Shown here one piece after another: positions 1 to 9,754 of a stretch of 64,000 nt of DNA; positions within the stretch are counted from its first letter, which is position 1, and each line of letters begins with the position of its first letter. The translations under genes were made by a program, and so were the position numbers. The notes below the pieces were generated by a model, which was given only the letters and a program-made list of their open reading frames with translations, did no database searches and was not told the origin of the DNA. Origin of the DNA: a bacterium (GTDB lineage Bacteria > Patescibacteriota > Minisyncoccia > Phycocordibacterales > DATDWN01); contig JBAXLH010000002.1 in the NCBI GenBank assembly GCA_037134875.1, positions 27,719 to 91,718 of the forward strand, in the 5' to 3' direction.

Positions 1-103
1 ATCGGCCCATTTGTTTTTTGTAATTTACCATTTGAAAGTGCAAACCAAATGACACCACCAACCACAATTACTGCAATTATTATATAAAGTATTTTTTTCA
101 TAT

Positions 104-1231
104 CTATTGCACTACTTGTTCAAACTGGTTATTGATAATTGTTTTCATTATAAATGTCACATCTTGAAGTTGGCCTTGTGGATTGAATGACAAATTTTTT
201 GATCCGACACCTGCCACATTGACTTTACTGAGTGCATCTCGAATTTCTGTTCCTGTTCTCGCGCCACCTTTCAAAACTTCAAAGAGCATCGTGGCAGCAT
301 TGTACGCATTTACAAACGACGGACCTTGCGATGCATCTGCACCATATTTCGTTTTGAGTCGAGTGACGAGATCACTGTACGATGGATCTTGTGCGTACGA
401 AGGAAAAGCGTAGAGAATACCATCAAACGCATTTGGAAATTTTGTTATATTATCTACATTTTCAGCATCAGGAGTTGCATACACTTTTATATTTACATTT
501 TGTTCTTTGAGTTGCTTCATAAACGGCCCCATAGTTGAGGTATCAGTAACTTGAATAAAAACAGCGTCTGGCTTGCTAGTTTTTATTTTTGCAATAACCG
601 TACGAAAATCTTTGGTTGCAATCGACACAGTATTTCTGCTTGTGACCGCAATTTTTCCGCTTGCATTTATAGAAGCTGACAAATTATCGACAAGTTGAAT
701 ATCAAAAGGGTCTTGGTCATTGACGAGAGCGATCCGAGTAACCCCCGATGTAGTCATATGTGTAATAAGAGTTTTTATTTCCGATGCTTCTGGCCACCAT
801 GTCGAAAAGAAATATGAGAATTTGTCTTTGTTTTGTATCGTCTCAATAGCAGCGCTCGGTGTAATCATCGTTACTTTTGCACTCTCGGCAATCGGCATAG
901 CTCCCTGGTAACTATCTGCCCATGTTGGACCAACAATAGCCTGCGCGTGATCTATTTCTATGAGTTTCTTTACAGCATCCACCGTGCCCACATCTGTTCC
1001 TTTTGTGTTTTCAATAATGAGCTCTACTGGCTGATTTATGTTGTTTTTGTATTCATCGAGTGCGAGTTGTGTCGCCTTGACTTCGCCCTCTCCCCAGTTT
1101 GCTGCATAACCACTCAAATCCACCGCTACACCGATTTTGATGGCATCCTTTGGTGTTTTATTTCTCGTAGCAAAAATCGCAATACCTAGTAACACCACTA
1201 TCACTACTATTATCCAAATTGTTTTTTTCAT
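104..1231 (-). CDS. Branched-chain amino acid ABC transporter substrate-binding protein (LivJ/LivK family), paralog 1
   Basis: 375 aa. N-terminal signal anchor MKKTIWIIVVIVVLLGIAIF. Periplasmic-binding-protein type I pattern (IKIGVAVDLSGYAANWGEGEVKATQLALDEYN). Adjacent to Liv permeases. Confidence 0.8.
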   Translation of the reverse strand: MKKTIWIIVVIVVLLGIAIFATRNKTPKDAIKIGVAVDLSGYAANWGEGEVKATQLALDEYKNNINQPVELIIENTKGTDVGTVDAVKKLIEIDHAQAIVGPTWADSYQGAMPIAESAKVTMITPSAAIETIQNKDKFSYFFSTWWPEASEIKTLITHMTTSGVTRIALVNDQDPFDIQLVDNLSASINASGKIAVTSRNTVSIATKDFRTVIAKIKTSKPDAVFIQVTDTSTMGPFMKQLKEQNVNIKVYATPDAENVDNITKFPNAFDGILYAFPSYAQDPSYSDLVTRLKTKYGADASQGPSFVNAYNAATMLFEVLKGGARTGTEIRDALSKVNVAGVGSKNLSFNPQGQLQDVTFIMKTIINNQFEQVVQ

Positions 1232-1242
1232 ATGTGTTTTAA

Positions 1243-2343
1243 TTAAATCTTAATCTTTACAAACTCCCCTTGTGTAAACATGAAATAAGTCGGGGTTAAT
1301 TTGAGTATTCTATCAGATCCAAAACCTGTTGCATCTAGAGCCGGATTGTGATGTGTCTCTTTGATAAGCTCTGCTGTAACACATTCAGGAGCATAACCTG
1401 GGCATCTAACTAACGCATTGTATAAATACATAACCTCATCATATCCGTAGGCAGATGATACGAGATCCTTTTCAGTAATATTTGGATATATATTTTTTAT
1501 TTTAGATATGAAATTTGGGTTTATATTTTGGTCATATGTTATAGTTCCTTCAAGTATTTCTGCGGGTAATTTTTTGTATATATTTTCATTAAAATTATCT
1601 GGTCTACCGCCCGCAGCAAATACTGGGACATTTAATTTCAATTCTGCTTTTTGTTTGAATAAAGCTATTGCATTATCTTCATACGCAACCGTAACTAAAG
1701 AATCTATTTTATCTTCTTTCATTTTGGCGATGATTGTACGAAAATCAACAACATCAACATTGAAGTCGTAATAGACCACTGTCGAATTTGTATTTTTTAG
1801 ATTTTCAGATATACCACGTTTGCACTCTGCCCCCATATCGAGATTGAGGATAAGCGCTCCTATTTTTTTATAACCTTTATCAACAAAATATTTTGTAGCA
1901 ACACCGCATTCTTTTTCTATATCAAAATACATTTTGAATGCATATGAATTACTTGAAAGTGGGTTTTTTATGAATGCATTGTACAATAATGGAATTTTAT
2001 TTTTTTCTGATATAGGAGAAACTGACGATGTTGGCGAAGTAAATTCAACACCCATAGCATTAACCTTATTCAGACTAATCAACTTTTGAGCAGCACTTGC
2101 GGATTGTTTTGCATCAGTCTGACCATCCTCAACAGTGACTTCGACTGCACCTCCTCCTATAGCAATCTCTTTTTTTGCAAGTTCAATACCTTTTAATTCT
2201 CCTTCGCCCCAATATGCTCCCCAACCAGTGAGAGGAGCTACTATGCCAATTTTTATTCCAGAATTTCCCTTTGACCTACTGAAAAAAACAATAGAAATTC
2301 CTATTATTATGACCACTATTACTATCCAAATTGTTTTTTTCAT
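1243..2343 (-). CDS. Branched-chain amino acid ABC transporter substrate-binding protein, paralog 2
   Basis: 366 aa. Same N-terminal MKKTIWI signal anchor. IKIGIVAPLTGWGAYWGEGELKGIELAKKEI motif. Confidence 0.8.
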   Translation of the reverse strand: MKKTIWIVIVVIIIGISIVFFSRSKGNSGIKIGIVAPLTGWGAYWGEGELKGIELAKKEIAIGGGAVEVTVEDGQTDAKQSASAAQKLISLNKVNAMGVEFTSPTSSVSPISEKNKIPLLYNAFIKNPLSSNSYAFKMYFDIEKECGVATKYFVDKGYKKIGALILNLDMGAECKRGISENLKNTNSTVVYYDFNVDVVDFRTIIAKMKEDKIDSLVTVAYEDNAIALFKQKAELKLNVPVFAAGGRPDNFNENIYKKLPAEILEGTITYDQNINPNFISKIKNIYPNITEKDLVSSAYGYDEVMYLYNALVRCPGYAPECVTAELIKETHHNPALDATGFGSDRILKLTPTYFMFTQGEFVKIKI

Positions 2344-2461
2344 ATGTGTTATTATAAAAATTTATCTGATTATTATACTTGACTTTATTTTGCTTACCTA
2401 ATATACTATATGAACAAGTGGCTTCGGCCTCGCCCTGCAAAGGGCAACCAGTGGAAAATCG

Positions 2462-2848
2462 TCAAAGCATATCTTTGGCGATTTTTCGTATATTTTCAAA
2501 TACTTTCTTGTCTAAATATCCCATTTTTCTAACCAATCTTTTCGTATCAATAACTCTTATTTGTGACAAAAGTGCACACGCTTGTTTACCTTCAACAAGA
2601 CCTACTGATGGTCGCAATGGATGAATATGGTCAGACGCAGTAAGAGGTATTATGAGAGACGTTTGTTTACTGAGACCTTTTAGAACAAGAACAGGCCGTC
2701 TATATTCTGTCTCGGAGCCATCCTGCTCAAAACCAACATTCATTCCGAGTGTACACCACCACAATTCTCGATCATGACAAAATGGACCAGATTTCTGATT
2801 GTGAATTTCTTTTTTCTTTTCGTTCCATTTATCAAAATCCTTTTTCAT
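2462..2848 (-). CDS. PemK/MazF-family endoribonuclease toxin, no cognate antitoxin ORF seen
   Basis: 128 aa. RRPVLVL and LSQIRVIDTKRL match the Kid/MazF/EndoA RPVLV(I) and LxQIRTIDKxRL motifs. LWWCTLGMNVGFEQDG resembles the MazF beta1-beta2 region. Confidence 0.75.
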   Translation of the reverse strand: MKKDFDKWNEKKKEIHNQKSGPFCHDRELWWCTLGMNVGFEQDGSETEYRRPVLVLKGLSKQTSLIIPLTASDHIHPLRPSVGLVEGKQACALLSQIRVIDTKRLVRKMGYLDKKVFENIRKIAKDML

Positions 2849-2861
2849 ATGTGTTTTTTGA

Positions 2862-3728
2862 TTATAATTTATATTCTCCCAGCAACCCCTGTGGCCTGTA
2901 CAGCATCAATACTATCAAAATAAGGCCGTATGTCACTTGGCGCATTTGGGCGGCAATGTCCGATGGAAAACCGACAAAACGAAGTGCCTCCGGCAAAATA
3001 ACCAAGCAAATTGCTCCGAGCACCGCGCCTTTGTTGTTTGCAAGTCCGCCGAGAATAATAATTGCCAAAATGAAGATTGATTCTGAAAGTGCAAAGCTGG
3101 TCGGATCAACGTATGTAATGTACGAGGCAAACAAAGAACCAGCAACGGAGGCAATCATCGCTCCAATAACAAAAATAGTTAATTTGAAAAACAGTGTGTT
3201 GTATCCAAAAACTTTGATTGCTTTTTCGTCTTCTCGTATCGCCTTGAGGACCCGACCAAAAGACGATCGAGTAATAAATTGTGAAATAAAGTACACACCA
3301 ACTGCAAGCACGATAACGAGAATGAGGAAAATCAGATTGTCGCTAAAGTCCAGTCCAAACAACACAGGTTTGGAAATTCCCGGGATACCCAGAGGTCCTC
3401 GTGTTAGAGATTGCCAGTTGAGAAAAATACTGTACACAATAATATTGAAACCAAACGAACCGAGCGCAAAATAATCTCCATCAAATTTTGACAACACATA
3501 GCCAATAGCCAGACTGAGAATGCCTGTAATAATCATTCCAACAACTATCGACAAGAAAAAATTCATACCAAATGCCGTGAGCAGTATGGCTGTGGTGTAC
3601 GCCCCGATACCATAAAAAGCGGCCTGTGTGATAGAAAGTAGTCCCGTGTATCCCACGATAAGGTTGAGCGACAGTGCCAGTATCGAGTATATTCCTATGA
3701 GTATTGCGATGTGTACAAAATAATCCAT
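2862..3728 (-). CDS. livM: Branched-chain amino acid ABC transporter permease (LivM-like)
   Basis: 288 aa polytopic membrane protein. LNLIVGYTGLLSITQAAFYGIGAYT motif typical of LivM. Confidence 0.85.
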   Translation of the reverse strand: MDYFVHIAILIGIYSILALSLNLIVGYTGLLSITQAAFYGIGAYTTAILLTAFGMNFFLSIVVGMIITGILSLAIGYVLSKFDGDYFALGSFGFNIIVYSIFLNWQSLTRGPLGIPGISKPVLFGLDFSDNLIFLILVIVLAVGVYFISQFITRSSFGRVLKAIREDEKAIKVFGYNTLFFKLTIFVIGAMIASVAGSLFASYITYVDPTSFALSESIFILAIIILGGLANNKGAVLGAICLVILPEALRFVGFPSDIAAQMRQVTYGLILIVLMLYRPQGLLGEYKL

Positions 3729-3737
3729 ATTTATTTT

Positions 3738-4643
3738 TTATAATTTCTTTCCCAAGATTCCGTTTGGACGAAACAAAAGGAAAAGAATGAGCACACTAAA
3801 TGAAATAGCATCTTTCCACTCGCCTGATATTTTCCAAATTCCAAAGTTTTCAATAAAGCCGAGAAGAAATGAACCAAGTACTCCACCATATATATTTCCC
3901 ACTCCACCAATAATAGACGCGATGACACCTTTGAGGAGCAGAGAAAATCCCATCGTTGGCTCGATGCCCGTATCAAACCCAACGAGAATTCCGGCAAGCC
4001 CAGCAATCGCCGAACCAATGAAAAAAACTTTGCTGATGATTGTGTCCGTATCTATTCCCACCATTTTTGACACCTCAGCATCATCCGAGACCGCTTTGAT
4101 CGCCTTGCCAAATTTTGTAAATCGCAACACAAGGACGAGAGAAAACATAATCAAGATACTTAGCACGAGCGCGATACACTGCACACCGGTAATCACTCCG
4201 CCGAAAATCTGAAATGTTTGTGTGCTGATTGTTGCCGGAAATACTTGAAACTGACTGGAAAAAAGTATTGCAATAATAGCTTGCAGTGTCGTCATCACAC
4301 CGAGCGCGGCTACCATAAAAACCATACTGGATGCTTTTCGTGCGCGTAGTTTTTTGTAGACTATTTTCTCTATCACAAATCCCACGAGTCCGGCGAGCAA
4401 GACGCCAAGCACAATGCTGACATAAATATCAAACCCGAGCGTTCGAGAAAAATAGAAAACAGCATATCCGCCGACAGCTGTCAGCACTCCATAGCCGAGA
4501 TCAAAAAATTTGGCTGTACCATAAATAAGGTTGAAACCCAAAGCGACAAGCGAGTAAATAGCCCCAGCAATAATACTATTTACGATGAGTTGCGGAATTA
4601 TGTCCATTGGTATAAATATAGCAAAACCAGCCTTTTTTCTCAA
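3738..4643 (-). CDS. livH: Branched-chain amino acid ABC transporter permease (LivH-like)
   Basis: 301 aa. IIAGAIYSLVALGFNLIYGTAKFFDLGYG motif typical of LivH. Confidence 0.85.
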   Translation of the reverse strand: MRKKAGFAIFIPMDIIPQLIVNSIIAGAIYSLVALGFNLIYGTAKFFDLGYGVLTAVGGYAVFYFSRTLGFDIYVSIVLGVLLAGLVGFVIEKIVYKKLRARKASSMVFMVAALGVMTTLQAIIAILFSSQFQVFPATISTQTFQIFGGVITGVQCIALVLSILIMFSLVLVLRFTKFGKAIKAVSDDAEVSKMVGIDTDTIISKVFFIGSAIAGLAGILVGFDTGIEPTMGFSLLLKGVIASIIGGVGNIYGGVLGSFLLGFIENFGIWKISGEWKDAISFSVLILFLLFRPNGILGKKL

Positions 4644-4691
4644 TACAAAAACCCGCTTGTGGCGGGGTTTTGTGTTTGAGCTATATATAGG

Positions 4692-5831
4692 CTATTTTAT
4701 GAAATCAACAACTTCGCCATTTTTGATTTGTCTAAATACAAGACCAAGTCCGACAACATCTGGTTTTTCTGGATCAAGTGAATATGTTCCAATACTTCCA
4801 CTATAGTTTTTCAAAGAATGCAGATAATTTGCAATCTTTGATGTATCTTGACCGACTTTTGTAATAGCGTCGACAAGAATATGTGTAGCATCATATGATG
4901 TTCCGACAAAGAATTTATAATTTGGCTCACTATTATATTTTGCCTTGTATTCTGTGAGTAATTGCTGTCCCTTTACATCCGTACTTAATCCTGGAACATC
5001 AATAATGATCGTACCTTCTACTTCTGGGTTAGCCTTTACGAATTCAGGACCAGTCAAATACGCTGTAAAAAATTGTGCATTTATTCCTTGCTCTCTCGCT
5101 TGTTTTGCAATTTGACTTGCATTTGAGCCAACTTGAGCATTAATGAATAACGCATCAACTCCAAGAGATTTGATTTTGGATACGATTGAACGAAAATCTT
5201 TTGTGTTTGAAACATAACTCTCGTCAAAAACAACCGATGATCCGTCAGCTTTCACAGCGTCAATAAATGTCGTTCGTATTCCCTGTGCATAATCTGTTTG
5301 TTCTGAAACAATTGCAATTTTTTTATATTTTGAAGATATGTACTTGGCCAACTCCTGTCCGGCAAGATTATCGCTCGGATGATTTCTAAAGACATAACCC
5401 CCGAGTGTACTAACTTTTGCCGCAGATGACACTGATGAGAAGAGAATGACTTTTGCTGGAGTGGTAACTGGAGCTGCACCAAATGTTTCTCCACTACACA
5501 TGCCACCAACAATCACTTTTACTTTATCAATGTCCACAAGTTTCTGTGCAGCAGATGCAGCATCTTTTCCATTACATTTTCCATCTTCGTAAATTGCTTC
5601 AACTGTTCTACCACCAACTCCTCCTGCACTATTTATCTCGTCTAAAGCAAGAGCTACTCCATTGCGAACCGCCTCGCCATACACAGAAGCATCTCCAGTG
5701 AGTGGAGCTATGACTCCAATCTTTATCGGACCAGTTTCTTTTGACCCGCCACGAAATGCAAATATAACTACGAGCACCACAACAATAATACCCACAACCC
5801 ACCATATTCCTTTATTATTTGTCTGTTCCAT
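4692..5831 (-). CDS. Branched-chain amino acid ABC transporter substrate-binding protein, paralog 3
   Basis: 379 aa. TM anchor then IKIGVIAPLTGDASVYGEAVRNGVALALDEIN. Confidence 0.8.
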   Translation of the reverse strand: MEQTNNKGIWWVVGIIVVVLVVIFAFRGGSKETGPIKIGVIAPLTGDASVYGEAVRNGVALALDEINSAGGVGGRTVEAIYEDGKCNGKDAASAAQKLVDIDKVKVIVGGMCSGETFGAAPVTTPAKVILFSSVSSAAKVSTLGGYVFRNHPSDNLAGQELAKYISSKYKKIAIVSEQTDYAQGIRTTFIDAVKADGSSVVFDESYVSNTKDFRSIVSKIKSLGVDALFINAQVGSNASQIAKQAREQGINAQFFTAYLTGPEFVKANPEVEGTIIIDVPGLSTDVKGQQLLTEYKAKYNSEPNYKFFVGTSYDATHILVDAITKVGQDTSKIANYLHSLKNYSGSIGTYSLDPEKPDVVGLGLVFRQIKNGEVVDFIK

Positions 5832-5859
5832 TTTTTTTAATAATAATTTTTAATAATTT

Positions 5860-6948
5860 TTAATACTCAGCTTTTACGTACTGCTGATTTTTTGCCATTT
5901 GGAGTTCGAGCTGGTAAACGACTGTGCGGTCTGACAAAAATTTGAAGTTTGTAATTGCTGGGTTTGGATATGCGTAGTCCAAAGTCGCTGTTGTCACATC
6001 CTTTGTTGGCTCGGCTTGTATTGCTTGCACGACATATTTTGTTATATCATATCCCATCGCCGACACAACATCAGGTGTCGTGTTAAACTTTGTTTTGTAA
6101 GCAGTTGTAAATGCTTCCGAAAACTGACTTGGAGCAATACCGGGAGCAATCGTTCCCTCTCCAAATGTTCCGAATTTCTGTAAATTTTTATTATCAACAT
6201 CAACAAATGTAATGGCAGTACCTTTGTATCCGAGCTGTCGAAGTTCCTTTACAATTTCGAGAGCATCGGTCGGATTGTCCATTGTTACAAACACCGAGTC
6301 TGCTTTGCTCGCGATTATCTTTGTGGCAAATGTTCGATAGTCCCCTTTGCCGTTTGGTGCGAGATCATTGTAAACCACTGTGTAGCCGACAGTTCCCGCC
6401 TTTGCAAGCATCACATCTCGAGACTGCATACCGAAGTCACTGTTGGCGTCGATGAGTGCCATTGTTTTGATACCTTTTTTCTGAATAAGTGGCACGACTG
6501 TGTCGAGCTGGATACTTGCGTTCGGATATCCACAGAAAACATTTGTGAGTGGCTTGAATGAATCGCTACAAAATGAGAATGAAAATACGTCTTTGTTTGC
6601 TTTGAGAGCGAGTGGAGCGACGGCGATCGTTTCGTCTGGCGAATACGTGCCGACAATCACATCAACTTTATCAATATTCAAAAGTTTTGACGCGGCAGAA
6701 ACTGCATCTGTTGGTTTCGAATGACTATCCTCCACAACAAACTTCACTCCATTTTTTTCGAGCTCTGCCTGTGCGAGCTGTACACCTTGAAATAATTTTT
6801 CTCCTGTTACCGAAAGTTCTCCAGTCAGTGGCAAAATGACACCTACTTTCAAACTCGCCACAGTGGTTGTTGCGGGTTTATTTTTTACCATCCAAACACC
6901 TGCGACTATTACCAAAATGACAATCAAAATACCGACAATTTTTTTCAT
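5860..6948 (-). CDS. Branched-chain amino acid ABC transporter substrate-binding protein, paralog 4
   Basis: 362 aa. Signal anchor MKKIVGILIVILVIVAG. LKVGVILPLTGELSVTGEKLFQGVQLAQAEL. Confidence 0.75.
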   Translation of the reverse strand: MKKIVGILIVILVIVAGVWMVKNKPATTTVASLKVGVILPLTGELSVTGEKLFQGVQLAQAELEKNGVKFVVEDSHSKPTDAVSAASKLLNIDKVDVIVGTYSPDETIAVAPLALKANKDVFSFSFCSDSFKPLTNVFCGYPNASIQLDTVVPLIQKKGIKTMALIDANSDFGMQSRDVMLAKAGTVGYTVVYNDLAPNGKGDYRTFATKIIASKADSVFVTMDNPTDALEIVKELRQLGYKGTAITFVDVDNKNLQKFGTFGEGTIAPGIAPSQFSEAFTTAYKTKFNTTPDVVSAMGYDITKYVVQAIQAEPTKDVTTATLDYAYPNPAITNFKFLSDRTVVYQLELQMAKNQQYVKAEY

Positions 6949-7089
6949 AATTATGTGTGATTAATAATATATAATTCTGCTAGATAGTATACCAAATATT
7001 AGTGGGACTTTTCAAATGACCCTATTTTGCATTTTTCACACAAAAAACCCAACATTTCTGCTGGGTTTTTCGCCAATATTCATTGTTTT

Positions 7090-7383
7090 TTACATTGATA
7101 CAACTTCCAAAACTTCTACACTGCCACCGTTCGCAAACACAGGGCATTCTTTTGTCATTTCCACTGCTTCCTCCAAACTTCCCGCTTTGACAATAGAATA
7201 TCCATTTGCCTGTGACATATATGATCCACCAACTGACTGACGAGATCCGAGTGGATTTCCAGGATCAACTATACTGTCCCCAAGTTTCTGAAAATACGCT
7301 CCCCACTGTGCATTTACTTTTTCCATTAACTCTTTGTTGTTAATATTTGCACCGCCAGTAAAAAGATATACAAATTTTTTCAT
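7090..7383 (-). CDS. YciI-like / DGPF-domain protein (dimeric alpha-beta barrel)
   Basis: 97 aa. C-terminal GYSIVKAGSLEEAVEMTKECPVFANGGSVEVLEV matches the YciI/DGPF C-terminal motif (GFYLIE..LDEA...CP....GSVEVRP). Confidence 0.6.
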   Translation of the reverse strand: MKKFVYLFTGGANINNKELMEKVNAQWGAYFQKLGDSIVDPGNPLGSRQSVGGSYMSQANGYSIVKAGSLEEAVEMTKECPVFANGGSVEVLEVVSM

Positions 7384-7474
7384 AATGTTTAATTATATTA
7401 AATAATAAAACTACACGACCAGATTTCTCTGGTCGTATAATGATACTGTATGATGGGATTAATGCAACTAGGCT

Positions 7475-8725
7475 TTAGTCAATAAATGTGAGGGCTTTGC
7501 CTACCTTGCCCGCACGGCCAGTTCGGCCGATGCGATGCACGTAGTCGTCGTGAGTTGCAGGCAAATCGTAGTTGATGACGTGACTCACATCAGCAATATC
7601 GAGGCCTCGCGCAGCTACGTCTGTCGCCACAAGAATTTGCACTCGGTTGTCTTTGAAAAGTCTGAGGGCTTGCTGGCGTCTGCTGTGATTTTTGTCGCCG
7701 TGAATTGACTCTGCCTTGAATCCTCTGGCGGTCAAATTTTGTGAAAGTTTTTCCACGCCGTGTTTTGTTCGTCCAAAAATCAAAACTTTTGAAAGTTCTT
7801 TTTGGCTCAGCAAATCGTGGAGCACGTCAATTTTTACTTTTCCGCCACTGACACGTACAATATCCTGATCAACATTTTTTGATGTGTCCTGAGTTTTGAC
7901 AGAAATCCGCACAGGCTGTCGCAAAAATTCTCCGATAAGCTTTTCAATATCCGGCGAAAGTGTTGCAGAAAAGAAAAGTGTCTGTCGGCTTGCTGGCATA
8001 CCAGACATTATCGCTCGCATATCATTTACAAATCCCATGTCGAGCATTCTGTCCGCTTCGTCCAAAACGATCGTGTTGAATTCCGCGAGTTTTATGAGTT
8101 TGCGATCGATGAGATCTTTGATTCTTCCCGGCGTACCGATGACAAAATTGTATTCATATCGCAAATCTCGGATTTGTTTGCCGATCGGAGCACCTCCGAC
8201 GCAACAGACAGAAAATATTTTCATACCCTGTACAAACATTTGCAACTCGCTTTCAATTTGAATCGCAAGCTCGCGTGTCGGCACAATGACCATCACCTGT
8301 TCGCGTCTGTTTTGTAAAATTTTGTGAATAAGTGGAATGAGAAATGCAGCGGTTTTGCCTGTACCAGTGTTTGCAATACCGACGATGTCACTGCCCGCAA
8401 GCACGACAGGTATCGCCTTGTCCTGAATCGGAGTTGGCAACAGATATCCTTTTGCTGTGATAGAATTTTTGATGCGCTCGTCAATAGCAAAATCTTGAAA
8501 TTTATTTACTGGAACAAACTGAGTTGTTGGTGTCAGAGCTATTGCTTTGTTTATAAAACGTGCAACGTCAATGCGCTCGCTCTTGCCACGTCGGACTGGA
8601 CGAGAAAATCTCGGACCAGAATGAAATGACTTTCGCGCAAAACTACCCGACCCTGTGCGGTTTTGTGTGCGATTATTGGACGGTCTCCGAGAGAGACCCG
8701 ATTGTGTTCGTGTGTTTGTATACAT
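7475..8725 (-). CDS. DEAD-box ATP-dependent RNA helicase with N-terminal Arg/Ser-rich extension
   Basis: 416 aa. Q-motif FQDF...TPIQ. Motif I NTGTGKTAAF. DEAD box VLDEADRMLDMGF. SAT. Motif VI HRIGRTGRAG. N-terminal ~60 aa rich in R/S/G/N. Ends 10 aa after motif VI. Confidence 0.9.
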   Translation of the reverse strand: MYTNTRTQSGLSRRPSNNRTQNRTGSGSFARKSFHSGPRFSRPVRRGKSERIDVARFINKAIALTPTTQFVPVNKFQDFAIDERIKNSITAKGYLLPTPIQDKAIPVVLAGSDIVGIANTGTGKTAAFLIPLIHKILQNRREQVMVIVPTRELAIQIESELQMFVQGMKIFSVCCVGGAPIGKQIRDLRYEYNFVIGTPGRIKDLIDRKLIKLAEFNTIVLDEADRMLDMGFVNDMRAIMSGMPASRQTLFFSATLSPDIEKLIGEFLRQPVRISVKTQDTSKNVDQDIVRVSGGKVKIDVLHDLLSQKELSKVLIFGRTKHGVEKLSQNLTARGFKAESIHGDKNHSRRQQALRLFKDNRVQILVATDVAARGLDIADVSHVINYDLPATHDDYVHRIGRTGRAGKVGKALTFID

Positions 8726-9070
8726 ACTATTTAAAAGGCCAGAAGCCTGTATAACTTCTGGTCTTTATAATAAAAGGCGACCAAAATGTCCCAAATAGTA
8801 AGTGCAAATCAGAAAAGATGCGAAAACTAGTGAGATTTAGTTACTGCATAAGTATATACCAAAATGACTATTTTGTCAACTATTTGTGTATATCACGCTT
8901 TTTATGCCCTGTTCTTTTTTGCAAGGAGTCTAGCTTTTTTTATTGCCAAACGCTTCTTTGTTTTGTGAGAACGTGACGTTCTATTTTTTGTATTTGTTGC
9001 AAGTCTTTTTGCCATATCATAAGTATATACTTTTGTGGAAAATAAAGATATAGGAAAAAGAAAAATCTGA

Positions 9071-9748
9071 CTATTGGGTCGCGGAGCAACGAGACTGTCC
9101 GGAATCTTTTTTTATTATGGTTGAGAGGTCGAGCGTCACAAACTGTTCTATCTCGGCGCCAAGTCCACCAGCAGAGTATTCGGAGAGTTTGGGACAATTT
9201 ACATTGTTTGGTTTTGTGACAGTAGGATTCCAATACCTCACCGTGCTACTACTGACCACTAGCGGTGCCGAATATTTGTCTGTGTACACTTTTTTGTGTG
9301 TATTCAAATCATACACGATCAAACCGCGCGGATACGGAGCGGTGCCTTTGTCCAAGATCAGAAAGTGACCAGTGACAGCCAGAAAATATTCAGCCTCAAC
9401 ATTTTTTATTTCGAAATCATTTTGTCCCACCGTGTACACACACGACATACTCTGACTTTGGCTGGTTTTGTTTTTGACTAGAATGTCACTACCGACAGAG
9501 TCGGTCAAACTCTTGCTGATAATAAAATAGTTTGGACTGTCTTTGCAGGACAGATTGCCGGAAAAGATTGTGCCGATTGAGCCATCAGGCATAACTTGCA
9601 CCGTGACTGGAGTAACTATCGGAGCGCCTTGCCACAAGAGAATTTGATTGACCAACATTGGTACCCAAAAATTTTGTGAGAGCAAAAGTCCAACGCCAAT
9701 AATGATCAGCACTAACAAAAATATTCTAATGAACTTTATATATTTCAT
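9071..9748 (-). CDS. Hypothetical membrane-anchored exported protein
   Basis: 225 aa. N-terminal TM helix IFLLVLIIIGVGLLL. No recognisable domain. Confidence 0.5.
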   Translation of the reverse strand: MKYIKFIRIFLLVLIIIGVGLLLSQNFWVPMLVNQILLWQGAPIVTPVTVQVMPDGSIGTIFSGNLSCKDSPNYFIISKSLTDSVGSDILVKNKTSQSQSMSCVYTVGQNDFEIKNVEAEYFLAVTGHFLILDKGTAPYPRGLIVYDLNTHKKVYTDKYSAPLVVSSSTVRYWNPTVTKPNNVNCPKLSEYSAGGLGAEIEQFVTLDLSTIIKKDSGQSRCSATQ

Positions 9749-9754
9749 ACCCTC

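Noticed and set aside
2344-2461. Antitoxin gene for MazF in the downstream intergenic region
   Set aside because: No ORF longer than a few codons on either strand. Only two hairpins are present.
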